Below are positions 12,755 through 26,100 of a stretch of DNA of 64,000 bases, piece after piece. The stretch is taken from the NCBI GenBank assembly GCA_030390025.1, contig CM059431.1, forward strand, positions 156,490,001-156,554,000, written 5' to 3'. This stretch comes from Squalus acanthias (lineage: Eukaryota). Position numbers and translations under genes: made by a program. Each line of letters starts with the position of its first letter. The first letter of the stretch is position 1. The notes under the pieces were generated by a model that had not been told where the DNA came from, did no database searches, and saw only the letters and a program-made list of their open reading frames with translations.

Positions 12755-13207
12755 ATTAAATCACCCATTAATCGTTTATATACAAGGGAATACAAAGGTC
12801 GTCTGTACATTCAGTCCTCGTAACTGAACCATTTTAGCCTCGCTATCATTCTGGTGCAAATTAACTGCACCCTCTATAAGGCCGTTATATCCTTCCTGAA
12901 TTCCAGTGCACAGAACTTAAAACGGAAATCACAATGGGATCTAACCAGAGCTCTGTACAGCTGTAGCAGAACTTCTAGCCGTTTGTATTCTTGATATAAA
13001 GGCCAATGTTCCATTTGACTGTTTCCTTCCTTTGGACTTATCGACTATCTTTTACTGAATGCCATACTCGGAGCCCTATTCTCTCTGCTCATTCACAGTT
13101 CCTAGCTTCTAGCCATTTAGAAAATACTCTGATCTTTCTTTTTCTGGTCCGAAGTGATGGATCACACACTTTCCCACATTGATCTCCATCTGCCACAGTT
13201 TTGCCCA
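12755..13207 (-). mobile_element. Old CR1 RT C-terminal fragment
   Basis: Reverse complement resembles the CR1 WQM-KCEV-to-tail region. Confidence 0.6.
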
Positions 13208-13797
13208 GAGAGTGCAAAATCAAGGAAATTAGCCTCAACGTTCATCAATCACTGGCTTCAGCTGGAGTATTGTATCCAATTATACCTTCACACTTTACGA
13301 AGGCTTGCGAGGCCTTGGAGAGGAGGCAGAGGATATTTACTGAAATGGTAAAACGATGAGGAACTTCAGTTACGTGGAGAGACTGGAGAAGCTGGAATTA
13401 ATCGCCTTGGAGCAGAGAAGATTAAGGGATATTTAAAAGATGTGTTAAAATCTTGAATCTTCACTGACAGAGTAAATAAGAGGAAACTGTTTTCACTGGC
13501 AAAAGGGTCGGTCAACGGAGGACACAGATTTAATGCAATTGGCAAAACTGGCAGAGGTGAGATGAAACGAGGTTTTTTTTGGAGTCAAATAATTATGATC
13601 TGGAATGCGCTGCCTGAAAGGGTGGAAAGAGAAGCAACATCAGCTTTTAAAGGGAATTAGATAAATACTTGAAGGGAATACATTCTGGGGCTCAGGAGAA
13701 AGAGCAGGAGTGTGGGACTAACTGGTTTGCTCTTTCAATTTGCGGTCCAGGATCGATAGGCCGAATGGCCGCCTTCTCTTCTGGATGAGTCTATGAT
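13208..13797 (+). mobile_element. CR1 3' fragment with tail; its 3' part is duplicated at ~49310-49575
   Basis: LEYCIQ motif, GGCCGAATGGCC tail, and the same junction into the segmental unit as at ~49580. Confidence 0.8.
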
Positions 13798-14075
13798 AAC
13801 GACCCCTTACTCTTTGTTCCTAAGCGTGTAATAAACGATATATAAACTGTAATACTATTTACAGCAGCAGAATTTTAAAGTGTGAAATTTTACTTGGAAG
13901 TTTAATTCCGTTAAATGACGCAACTCCCAGTAAATCAATTTCGCAATATTCCTCCTGTTACCAGTCCATTATTGTACTGTTAAATTGACTCTATCTTTGA
14001 ACTACTACAAAAATAAACGGCAATTTCGCTAAATTAAATCACAGTAATGGTGTTCAGTGTATTCCGGGTCCTTAA

Positions 14076-14156
14076 CTTCTGCTGCGGCGCCTGATTCTGG
14101 TTCCAGAGAGTCTGGGTAAGTTAACGTTGTGTGTTTTGCAGGTTGTTGAACGCACC
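14076..14156 (-). other. 81-nt exon candidate (copy 2), donor mutated
   Basis: Acceptor CCCAG retained; donor GTAAGG changed to TTAAGG. Confidence 0.35.
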
Positions 14157-14845
14157 CTGGGCAAAGCTCAGTTACACATCACAGTCATAAACACAACCTT
14201 CAGCCTGATCAGTACAATCCCTTCCCGGCCTGTTCTCTGGATCTGAATTACATACGGTCTCATTCAAATTAAATTGTTCTGATAAATTACTGACCTTTCA
14301 ACCAAAGTGATTAATCCTCTGTGTGGTAACATGAATACATTTCCCACAGCTCTTCCATGTGCGGTTCAAAAGACCCCGCAGTGAAACCGTGTTCTGTCGC
14401 CAGAATCAATTCCAGATGCCCAATTATATTTCATTATTCACAATAAATTTTATTTATTATCGGACGAGAAAAAGGCAGAGATGGCAAATGACAAAGATCG
14501 CTGATTAGAATCTCCGAAAATAGTCTGTAGTTAATGAGTAACAGTCTGGGCCTTGATCAGGATGTTCACTCCCATGAATATCAGGCTCTGGGTTTCAATT
14601 ACTGGAACTGAATCAGGAAATGTGTGCTGTAAATAAGTGAAACTTTAGCGTCATTGGCCAGTTAACTTTTAGTGGCCGTGATTTAATTTCACATTTTCAT
14701 GTAAACTGTATTTTAATAATTTGGAAATTGATTCAATTCATTATGAGACTGGGAAACTCTGAATATTAAATTCATATCCTAATTAACATTTGTATTTAAT
14801 GTAAATCTTTAAATTTCGGGCTAATTTTTGCGACTGCTCCGTGTG

Positions 14846-17480
14846 AAATAGATGGCTGAGTTGACGGCATAAATTGAAATAAATGGGTATGATCTGATAA
14901 CCATTACAGAGATGTGGTTGCAAATTGACCGAGTCTGGGAACTGAATATTCAGGGTAATTGACATTTAGGAATGATAGGCAGTAAGGAAAAGGAGGTGGG
15001 GTAGCTCTGTTAATAAAGGATGAGATCAGTGCAGTAGTGAGAAATGATATTGATTCAGAAGATCAAGATGTAGAATCAGTTTGGCTGTAGATAAGAAATA
15101 GTAAGGGAAATAAGTCACTGGTGGGTGTAGCCTCTACGCCCGCTAACAGTAGATACACCGTAGGACAGAGTATAAGTCAGGAAATAATAGGGGGTTGAAG
15201 GAAGGAACGGCGATAATCATGGGCGTTATTAATCTTAACATAGTTTGGACGAATCAAATTAGCAAGGGTAGCCTTGAGGACGAGTTCACAGAATGTAATC
15301 GGGATGGTTTCTTATAACAATAAGTTGTGGCACCAACCAGGGAGCAGGCTATTTTAGATCTGGTAATCTGTAATAAGACAAGATTATGTAATGATCTCAT
15401 AGTAGAGGATCCTCTCTGGAAGAGCGATCATAACATGAGAGAATTTCAATTTCAATTTAAGGATGAGAAACTTGGCTCTGAATAAAGTTTCCTCGACTTA
15501 AAAAAAGGCAATTACAAAGGTATGAAGAGGGATTTGGCTAAAGTGGGCTGGGAAAATAGATTAAAAGGTAAATGGGTATGTTAGCATTGGCAGACATTTA
15601 ACGAGATATTCCATAACTCTCAGCAACGGTTTATTCCAGTGAGAAAGAAAGACTCTATGAGAAGGATGAACCATCCGTGGCTAACTTAGGAATTTAAGGA
15701 TGGTATCAAATTGAAAGTAAAGGCACACAATGTTACGAAGATTAGAAACTAGCAAAGTGTGAGTAAAACTTAATAATAAAAAGGGACATGATAGATTATG
15801 AAAGTAAACTAGCAAAAATATAAAAACAGACAGTAAGATCTTCTACAGGTATATGAAAAAGAAGAGCTTAGCTAAAGTAAAGGTTGTTCCCTAACTGGAT
15901 GAGACTTGCAAAATAATAATGGGAAAGAGGTGAATGGCAGAGCCTTTTAATACATTTTTTGTGTCGGTCTTCATGGTAGAACACACTGAAAGCATCCCTA
16001 TAATAATTGATTTCTACCAAAATTCACTTGATTCTGGAGAGGTCCTAGCGGATTGTAAAACCGCAAATATAACGCCCCTACTGCAGAAAGGAGGGAGGCA
16101 GAAAGCACGAAATTATAGATCAATTAGCCTAACATCTGTCTTTGGGAAAATGCTGGAATCCATTATTAAGGAAGTAATAGCTGGACATTTGTAAAATAAT
16201 ATTACAATCAAGCAAAGTCAAAATGACTTTATGAAAGGTAAATCATGTTTGCCAAATTTATTAGAGTTCTTTGAGGAAATAACGAACAGGGTGGATAAAG
16301 AGAAATCAATAGATGCAGTATATTTGGTTTTCCGGAAGGCATTCGATAAGATGCAATCATAAAACGTTACTGCACAAGATAAGAGCTCACGGGGTTGGGG
16401 GTAATATATTAGCATGGACAGAGGATTGGCTAACTAACATAAATCAAACAGTCGGGATGAATCTGGCAAAGTGTAACAAGTGGGGTGCCACAGGGATCAA
16501 TACTGAGGCCTCATCTATGTACAATCTATTTTAATGACTTGGATGAAGGGACCGAGTGTATTGTAGCCAAATTTGCTGTTGATACAAAGATAGGTGGGAA
16601 AGCAAGTTATAAGGTGTACACAAAGAGTCTGCAAAGGGATATAGATATATTAGGTGAGTGGGCAAAAGATTGGCAGATGGAGTATAATGTGGGAAAATGT
16701 GAGGTTATCAAATTTGGTTGTAAGAATAAAAAAGCAAATTTATATTTAAATGGAGAGAGACCCAAAATGTTCCAATACAAAGGGATCTGCGGTTTCTCGT
16801 ACATGAAACACAAAATGTTAGCATGCAATTACAGTAAGTAATTAGGAAGGCACATGGAATGTTGGCTTTTATTGCAAGGGGGATGGAGTATACAAGTAGG
16901 GAAGTCTGCTACATTTTTACAAGGCGCTTGTGTGACCACACCTGGAATACTGCGTGCAGTGTTAGTCTCCTATTTAAGAAGGGATAAAGTTGCATAGGAG
17001 CAGGTTCAGAGAAGGTTACAAAGGTTGATTAAGAGATGAATGGTATGTCTTATGAAGAAGGTGTGAGCAGGTTGGGCCTGTACTCATTGGAGTTCAGACC
17101 AATGAGAGGGAATCATATTGAAACATAAAAGATTCTGAGGGGTTTTGACAGGGCAGATGCAGGGAGGATGTTTCCCCTCGTGGGGCTATACAGAATTGGG
17201 TGCATAGTTTCAGAATAAGGGGTCGCCCATTTAAAACGGAGATGAAGAGGATTTTCTTTTCCCTGAAGGTCGTGAATCTTTGGAATTCTTTACCCCATAG
17301 AGTTGTTGAGGCAGATTCATTGACTATATTCAAGGTAGAGATAGACATATATTTGAACTACAAGGAAGTCAAGGGTTAGGGGGCGCGGGCGGGAAAGTAG
17401 ACTTCAGGCCTTGGTCAGATGAGCCATGACCTTATTGAATTGCCTAGTCCTGCTCCTATTTCTTATGTCCATATGTTCTG
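14846..17480 (+). mobile_element. CR1 LINE ORF2 (APE endonuclease + RT), degenerate, with an internal deletion near 16010
   Basis: Endonuclease remnants, NYRSISLTS, PQGSILRP, KCEVIKFG and a 3' tail. Confidence 0.93.
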
Positions 17481-18024
17481 ATGTCTCATTCCCCTTCCTG
17501 CTTCTCTGTGTTGCGGCTCCCATTTTGTTTACAGCTCCGGCTGCTCTGTGTCTGAAATCCCTGCCTTTTACCTGTCCACTGCCCCCACCGGTGCTGTGCC
17601 TGGACTTTAATGTTTGTGTCCCTCCCCCACAGGTTCCATTTCTGTATTTCCCGTTTCCATTCCTATGAGTTCTCTGTCTTATCCTGTCGAAACCTCCCTT
17701 CCTCAAAACACTTTGCATCCCACCTGCTCCATGCCTGAATGTCCCCCCGCATCTGAAACTGCCTCCTGCTCTACAACTTTCCTCCACCCCTAAATATCTC
17801 CCGCTAACCTTTATTCCTTCCCACCTGCTGCAATCCTAATTTTACCATTGCCTTTTCTTTCCTCCAGCTCCGTGCCCGATTATTCCAACCTCCGTTCGCC
17901 TTCCTGCTCTATATTTGATTCTCCCTCTCCTTTCATTTCCACCTGCCCCATGTCTGATTACCTTCCCTGCTTCCTTCCCCATCCTGCTGCATGGCTAATT
18001 TCCCATTCACCACAAAAAAATTGT

Positions 18025-18195
18025 AACAGCTGGAAATGCTGTAAACACTCAGCAGGTCAGGCTGCATCTCTGGAAAGAGAAAGATTTAACGATTCAGTTC
18101 GATGATCTTTCGTCAGAACTGTCTGACTTGGTGAGCATTTCCAGCATTCTCTGTTTATATTTCAGATTTCCAGCATCCGCCGTATTTAACTTTAA
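18025..18195. mobile_element. Degenerate inverted Penelope pLTR remnant with a decayed hammerhead (minus strand ~18085-18120)
   Basis: Similar to 57752-57890 and 60690-60739; head-to-head arrangement. Confidence 0.7.
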
Positions 18196-18769
18196 TAATT
18201 AAAATCTATTTCAAGTTCTGCATAATCCAAAACCCATCGCATATTCTCCATTAATCAGTTGGATAATCTTGCTCGTCAATATATTTTTTTGTTTGAACAC
18301 ATCTCCATTTAAAAAATGCCTCTTCTGGTTCTTTGTCTATTTTGTAGTTTGACTATATTAGGGCCTCATTCTAAAGTTCAACCATTTTCTCTCGTTCGTA
18401 ATTCCCCGATCAGTGGAAATAGTATCTCTCTATCTACCCTATCGAAACTGAACATTTTAAACACCTCGGTCAGGTCGCCCTCAAAATTCTATACTCAAGC
18501 TCATACAAGCCAGGCTTTTGCAACCTCTCAATCAGAGTGCATAACATTAATCCCCACTCTTTCTCCTGAATCCATACCAATTTCTAAGCAAAGTTAAAAG
18601 TTTGCCTCCATTTCCATGCATTCTCATTTTGCCAATTGTCTTTTGTGTGGAATCTTATCGAATGACTTCTGCAAGTCCACATCGATAACATCCATAGGCA
18701 CTCATATGTCTACCTTGTAAGTGATCTCCTCAAAATATGGAACTAGATTATTCAGACATGACTTACAAA

Positions 18770-21010
18770 AGAATAAAGAACATAAGAAATAGGAGCAGGA
18801 GTAGGCCATTCGGCTCTTTGAGCCTGCTCCGCCATTCAATGAGATAATGGCTGATCTTCTGCCTCAACTCCATTCACCGGTCTATCGTCATATCCCTTGA
18901 TGCCTTTACTACTCAGAAAACTAGCGACTTCTGTTTTGAATGTACCCAATAGCTGAGTCTCCACCGCCCTCTGGGGTAGAGAATTCCAAAGATTCACCAC
19001 CCTCCGTTAGTAGAAATGTTTTGCCGTCACAGTCGTGAATGGCCTAACCTTTATCTTGAGGCTGTGGCCCCTGGTCCTAGACTCCCCAGCCGAGGGAAAC
19101 ATTCGCCCAGCATCCACCCTACCAAGCCCTGTAATAATTTGTATGCTTCAATGAGATCCACTCTCATTCTTCTGAACTGAAGAGAATACAGGCCTAGTTT
19201 ACTCAATCGCTTCTCATACGAAAGTCCTGCCAACCCTGCAAGTATATCCTTCCTTAGGTAAGGAGAACAAAAATGTACACAGTACTCCAGGTGTGGTCTC
19301 ATCAAGACCCTATCTAATTGGAGTAAGACTTCTTTACTCCTTTACTCAAATCCTCTTGTAATGTACCATTTGCCTTCCTAATGGCTTGCTGCACCTGGAC
19401 ATTCATTACAGTGATTCGTGTAAAAGGACACCCAGGTCCCTTTGAGCATCTGCATTCCCCAATCTTTCACCATTTAGGAAATACACTGCCTTTCTGTTTT
19501 TTGTACCAAAGTGGATAACTTCACATTTATCCACATTATATTCACTCTGCCAAGTTCTCGCCCAATCACTGAGCCTGTCGAGATCCCCTTGAAGCCTCTT
19601 CACATCCTCTTCACAACTGCCACTGCCACCTAGCTTTGTATCATCAGCAAATTTGGAAATGTTACACTTAGTCCACTCATCCAAATCATTGATATAGATT
19701 GTGAATAGCTGGGGCCCAAGCACCGATTCTTGTGGTACCGCACTAGTCGCAGCCTGCCATCCTGAAAAAGACCAGTTTTTCCCTACTCTTTGTTTTCTGT
19801 CTGTTAACCAATTCTCAATCCATGCAAGTATATTACCCCCAATTCCATGTGCCCTAACTTTGTTCACCAAGCTCTTGTGTGGGAACTTGCCGAAGACCTT
19901 CTGAAAATCCAAATACACCACATCTACCGGTTCTCCTTTGCGTACTCCACGAGTTACATCCTCAAAGAACTCCAATAGATTTGTTAAACAGGATTTCCCT
20001 TTCATTAATCTATGTTGACTCAGCCCAATCTTACTATTAATTCCTAAGTGCCCAGTTATTGCATTCTTTAGAATAGATTTCATCATTTTCCCAACTACTG
20101 ATGTAAGGCTAACAGGTCTGTAGTTCCCCGTTTTATCCCTCCCTGCCTTCTTAAATAGGGGGATTAAATTTGCTGTACTCCAATCTGCAGGAACCGTTCC
20201 AGAATCTATAGAATTTTGGAAGATGACAAGAAATGCGTCCATTCTCCTAATGGCTACCTCTTTCAAACCCTAGGATGTAGATCATTCAGTCATTGCGATT
20301 TATCGAATTTTAGTCCCATTAATTTTGATTGTACTGTTTTTCGACAAATAATTATTTATTTAAGTTCCTTAATCTCGTCCCACCCATAGTTTTCTCATAT
20401 TTCTTGGAGGTTTTACATGTCTTCCCCCATGAAGACAGAAACAAAATATTTATTTAATTTCTCATCCATTTCCTCATTTCCCGTTATAAATTCTCCCGTC
20501 TCTGACTGTAAATGATCTACATTTACCTTCGCCAGTCTTTTCCTTTTCACATACCTATAGAAGCTTTTACAATGTGTTTTTATATATTTCGCTAGTTTGT
20601 ACATATATTCCATTTTCCCTTTCTTTATCAATTTCTTGGTTCCCCATTTGCTGATTGCTAAATAGATCCCAATCCTCAGGCTGACCGCTTTATCTGGCAA
20701 TTTTATAAGCTTCCTCCTTTGACTTAATACAAGCTTTAATTTCTTATGTTAGCGATGGTTGGATCACTTTTCCTTTTGGGTTTTTATGCCCTAGAGGTGT
20801 TTATGTTTTTCTGCAAATAATGCATTATTTACTTAAATGTTAGCCATTGTATGTCGACCTTCACAACTTTTAGTGTAGTCTTCCAATCTACCATGGCCTA
20901 ACTGTCCCTCATACCCTTGTAGTTTCCTCTGTTTAGATTGAAGACCTTAGTTTCATATTGGACTACATCACTCTCAAACATAATGTAATATTCAATCATA
21001 TTATGGTTAC
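18770..21010 (-). mobile_element. 5'-truncated CR1 LINE
   Basis: ORF 19406-20266 contains PQESVLGP and KFADDTKL; AAGAAACATAAGAA tail at ~18775. Confidence 0.95.
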
Positions 21011-22356
21011 CTTTAATAAAGCCATGCAGGTTAACTGATCAGCACATTTTGCTCAAATGCTCACTCACTCAATCCTTAATGGCCGATTCGAGTAGCTTCC
21101 GCTCAATCGACGTTAAACTGACATGCATGTAGTTCCCTATTTTTTCTATCTCACCCATCTTTAATAGTGGAATGACGATAGCACTTTCCAGTCTAACGGC
21201 ACAATTCCCCAATCAAGAAAACGTTCGAGGATTCTAACTAACGCTTTAGCAATTTCCACCATATTTGTTTTAATAACCTTGGGTGTAAATCATCAGGTCC
21301 TCCGGATTTATATATCCTAAGTCGCATTATTTTCTCCAGCAACATTTCCACTATTATGAATACAGTAGGTTCCTCCCCTTGATTTAATTTTAGTTTCCCT
21401 TCTATCACTGATATTTTGTTCTTTCCATTTACTGTGAAAACGGATACAAGTATTCATTATATAAATCTGCTGTTACACTGTTAGCTATTACCATATCATA
21501 TGTGTCTATCTTTAATGGGCCACATCTCCCTCAGCCACTCTTTTAAACTTAATATATTTATATACATTATTGCTATTAACCTTTGTATTACTTGCAATTT
21601 TTTCCAGTCCATTTTTGCTGCTCTTACTATTTTACTTGTGTCCATTTGCTGTTTTTTATGATTCCCCCAGTACTCAGGATTGTCGCTTTCCTTGATATTT
21701 CTGTGAGTCACTTCAATTAGCTTTATACTGCGTCTTACTGCACATGCAGACCATGGTTGTTTGACTGCTCAAGTGAAATTTTACCTCCTTAGGGATATGA
21801 TTTGGATGACCAACATTTCCTTATCCGCAAAATTAAGGACAGACAGAATCAGGCCAATTACCGCCCTACCAGCCACCCCACACTGATCAGCAAAATGACG
21901 GGTGGAATCATCAACAGCGTGACCGTAACTCGCCTCGGCAGCAAGGCAGCATTTGCCTCGGTTTGGGCCCAATGAGTTCCAAGCACGCTAAGGTCAATGT
22001 GGGTCAAAGTGTAAACCTTGCGTGGGTGGAAATATAGGATTTCGGTGACGATTCGGGGTTTTGTTTTATCTTGAAAATCTGGACCTCTAACCTTTTCTTC
22101 ATAGCGTGTCATAAGCGGGAAATATGTTTCAATAATATCTACAACAGCAGAAGATTATATATGGAAGTTTAATTTTGTTAAATGACTACGTGGCAAGTCG
22201 TAACTTCCGAAGAATAAAACAATAATTTCTTACCTGAACCATTAGTCATACCTCAATTTTACAATATAATTGAACTTGTACACTCGTAAACGGCAATGGG
22301 TCAGTTCGATTGCATTAAAATACTATAATTTTGCTCAGTATATTCCGGGTCCTTAC

Positions 22357-22437
22357 CTTGTGCTGCGGCTCCTGAGTCTGGTTCCAGAGAGTCTGGTTAA
22401 GTTAGCGTTGTGGGTTCTTCAGGTTAATGAACACACC
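22357..22437 (-). other. 81-nt exon candidate (copy 3)
   Basis: CTTTACCCAG acceptor and CAAG|GTAAGG donor intact; stop codons in all three minus frames. Confidence 0.45.
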
Positions 22438-23102
22438 CTGGGTAAAGATCAGTTATACACCACAGTCATAAACACCACCTTCAGCCTGATCAGTACAATC
22501 CCTACCAACCCTGTTCTCTGTTGCACAGCTCAATTTGAATAGCTCTGATGAATTACCTATCTTTTACCAAAAGTAATTAATTACTTGTTTGTTAACAATG
22601 ATAAATTCCACCCCACCCCCCGCCCATCTCTTCCATCTGAAGTTCAGAAGACCCCGTAGGGAAACCGTGTTCTCTATCGCGATTCATATCAGTGTCCTCA
22701 ATTCGATTATATTGCTCAACATAAAACGTGTTTATTATAAGACTATAAAAGGGCATTGCTAGCAACGGAACTCGGTCGCTATTAGTTTATTGGGATCAAA
22801 CTGTTGAGAGAAGGACACAATGTGTCAACAGCATTCTTTTTTGGAATTATCCTACCTTTCGATCTTTATCTGTTTCTTTGTCCCGATTCTAACTCTGTGG
22901 GAATTAACTACATTCGGATCGCAGCTCTATTAATCCAGGTATTAGAACTTTTAAAATGTTAATCTGACCTAGATTACCCTTGATTTCTAAATTTTTGTGT
23001 GAAACCAAATTGAGGGGGGGGAATTCTATACTGAGGAGGACTGCAGCAAATTGCATGAGGACATTAATCAACTTGCAGAATGGATATATTATTGACAAAT
23101 GA

Positions 23103-26100
23103 ACATAAGAACATAAGAACGTAAGACATAGGAGCAGGAGTAGGCCGATCGGCCACTCCAAACTGCTCTGCCATTCAATAAGATCATGGCTGATTAATCC
23201 TAACCTCAATTCTAAAGAACACAAGAAGTAGGAGCAGGACCCGGCCACACAGCCCCTGGGCCCGCTCCGCCACCCACAGGGTCTTGACCGATCCGAACAC
23301 AGCCTCATGTCAAGTTTGCTGCCCGCTCCCCGTAATCCCTAATTCCCTTTACTTCTAGGAAAGTGTCTCTTTCTGTTATAAATGTATTTAATGATGTAGC
23401 TTCCACAGCTTCCTGGGGCAACACATTCCACAGACCTACTACCCTCTGAGTGAAGAAGTTTCTCCTCATCTCAGATTTGAAAGAGTAGCCCCTTATTCTA
23501 AGATTATGCCCCCTAGTTCTAGTTTCACCCATCCTTGGGAACATCCTTACTGCACCCACCCGATCAAGCCCCTTCACAATTTTATATGTTGCAATAAAAT
23601 CGCCTCTCATTCTTCTGAACTCCAATGATTAGAGTCCCAATCTACTTAACCTCTCCTCATATGTCCACCCCCTCATCCCCGGGATTAACCGAGTGAACTT
23701 TCTTTGTACTGCCTCGAGAGCAAGTATGTCTTTTCTTAAGTATGGACACCAAAACTGTATGCAGTATTCCAGGTGCGGTCTCACCAGTACCTTATTTACT
23801 GCAGCAATACCTCCCTCTTTTTATAATCTGTCCCCCTTGCAATAAAAGCCAACATTCCGTCGGCCTTCTTGATCACCTGCTGCACCTGCATACTAACTTT
23901 TTGATTTTCTTGCACTCGGACCCCCAGATCCCTTTGTACTGCAGTACTTTCCAGTTTTTCGCCATTAAGATAATAACTTGCTCACTGATTTTTCCTGCCA
24001 AAGTGCATAACCTCACAATTTCCAATATTGTATTACATCTGCCAAATCTCCACCTACTCACCCAGCCTGTCTATATTTACTTGTCGGTTTTTTATGGCCT
24101 CCTCACTTTCTACTTTCCCTCCCATCTTTGTATCATCTGCAAACTTTGATATGTTACACTCGGTCCCCTCTTCCAAATCGTTAATATAGATTGTAAAGAG
24201 TTGGGGACCCAGCAACGACCCCTGTGGAACACAACTGGCTACTGGTTGCCAGTCCGAGAATGATCCATTTATCCCAACTCTCTGCTTCCTGTTAGATATC
24301 CAATCCTCCACCTATGCCAGAATATTATCTGCAATCCAATTATTTTTTTATCTTGAGCAATAATCTTTTATGTGGCATCTTGTCGAATGCCTTCTGGACG
24401 TCTAAATACACTACGTCCACTGGTTCCCCTTTATCCACCCTGTACGTTATGACCTCACAGAACTGAAGCAAATTTGTCAGACATGACTTCCCTTTTATAA
24501 AGCCATGCTGACTTTGTCCTATTAAATTATGTTTATCTAAATGTTCCATTACTGTCTCCTTAATAATAGACTCCAAAATTTTACCCACCACCGATGTTAG
24601 GCTAACTGATCTATAATTTCCAGCCTTCTGCCTACTACCCTTTTTAAATAAGGGTATTACATTCGCAGTTTTCCAATCTGTCGGGACCTTTGCTGAGTCC
24701 AGGGAATTTTGGAAAATTATTACCAAAGCATCCACAATCCCTACTGCCAATTCCCTCAAGACCCTAAGATGTAAGCCATCAGGTCCAGGGGATGTATCCG
24801 CCTTGAGTCCCATTATTTTACTGAGTACCAATTCCTTAGTGATTTTAATCGTATTTAGCTCCTCCCCCCCTAGAGCCCCCTGTCTGTCCAGTGTTGGGAT
24901 ATTTTTAGTGTCTTCTAATGTAAAGACTGAAACAAAATATTTGTTCAGTATTTTTGCCATATCCATGTTTCCCACCATTAATTTCCCGGTCCCAACCTCT
25001 AAGGGCCTACGTTTGCCTTAACCAACCTTTTTCTTTTTATATAACTATAGAAACTCTTGCTATCTGTTTTTATATTTTTTGCTAATTTAATTTCATAATC
25101 TATCTTCCCTTTCTTAGTCAATCCTTTAGTTAGTTGTTGCAGTCTTTTCAAGACTTCCCAATCTTCTATCCTCCCATTAAGTTTGGCTACCTTATACGTC
25201 CTTGTTTTCAGTCGGATACTATCCTTAATTTCTTTACTTAGCCACGGATGGCTGTCATTTATTTTACACCCTTTTTTGCTCATTGGAATATATTTTTTTT
25301 GAAAGTTGTAAAATTGCTCCTTAAATGTACACCACTGCTCATGTACCGTCCTACTCTTTAATCTATTTTCCCAGTCCTCCTTAATCATTTCCGCTCTCAT
25401 AGCATCATAGTCTCCTTTATTCAAGCTCAGTACGCTTGTTTGAGAACCAACCTTCTCACCCTCTAATTGGATATGGAATTCAACCATGTTATGGTCACTC
25501 AATCTAAGGGGATCTTAAACGAGGACATTATTAATTAATCCTGACTCATTACACAGGACCAGGTCCAAGTTTGCTTGCGCCCTTGTAGGATCAGTTACAT
25601 ACTGCTCAAGAAATCCATCCCTAATACACTCAATAAACTTATCCTCAAGGCTGCCCTGCCAATTTGATTTGTCCAGTTAATATGATAGTTAAAATCCCCC
25701 ATAATTATTGCTGTTCCCTGATTACAAGCCCCAACTATTTCCTGATTAATACTTCTTCCAGCAGAGTTGCAACTATTAGGAGGCCTATATATTACTCCCA
25801 CTTGTGTTTTTCCCCATATTATTCCTTATCTCCAGCCAAACTGTTTCATTATCAAGATCCTTTGACCCAATATAATGTATCTGTATTACAGTGATTCCTT
25901 CCTTTGTTAACATAGCCACCCCACCTCCCCCTCCTTCCTGCCTGTCCATCCTGATTGTTAAATACACTGGCATATTCAATTCCCAGTCGTCGTCACCCGG
26001 CAGCCATGTTTCTGTAATGGCCACAAGATCATACCCATACGTAGTTATTTATGCCGTTAACTCGTCCATTTTGTTATGAATGCTACGTGCATTCAGATAA

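Larger units (their letters stand above)
13800..21925. repeat. Segmental repeat unit, copy 2 (type B), split by CR1 insertions at 14846-17480 and 18770-21010
   Basis: Colinear with 49580-56230 once the insertions are removed. Confidence 0.85.

Noticed and set aside
14170..14200. V(D)J recombination signals / Ig or TCR segments (CACAGTC..ACACAACC)
   Set aside because: Spacer far shorter than 12 or 23 bp, and no V, J (FGxG/WGxG) or C domain coding sequence.
17404..17787. Gly/Arg-rich 127-aa minus ORF in the pyrimidine-rich block
   Set aside because: Frame not preserved in the paralogous blocks at ~8.2 kb and ~51.9 kb; compositional artefact.
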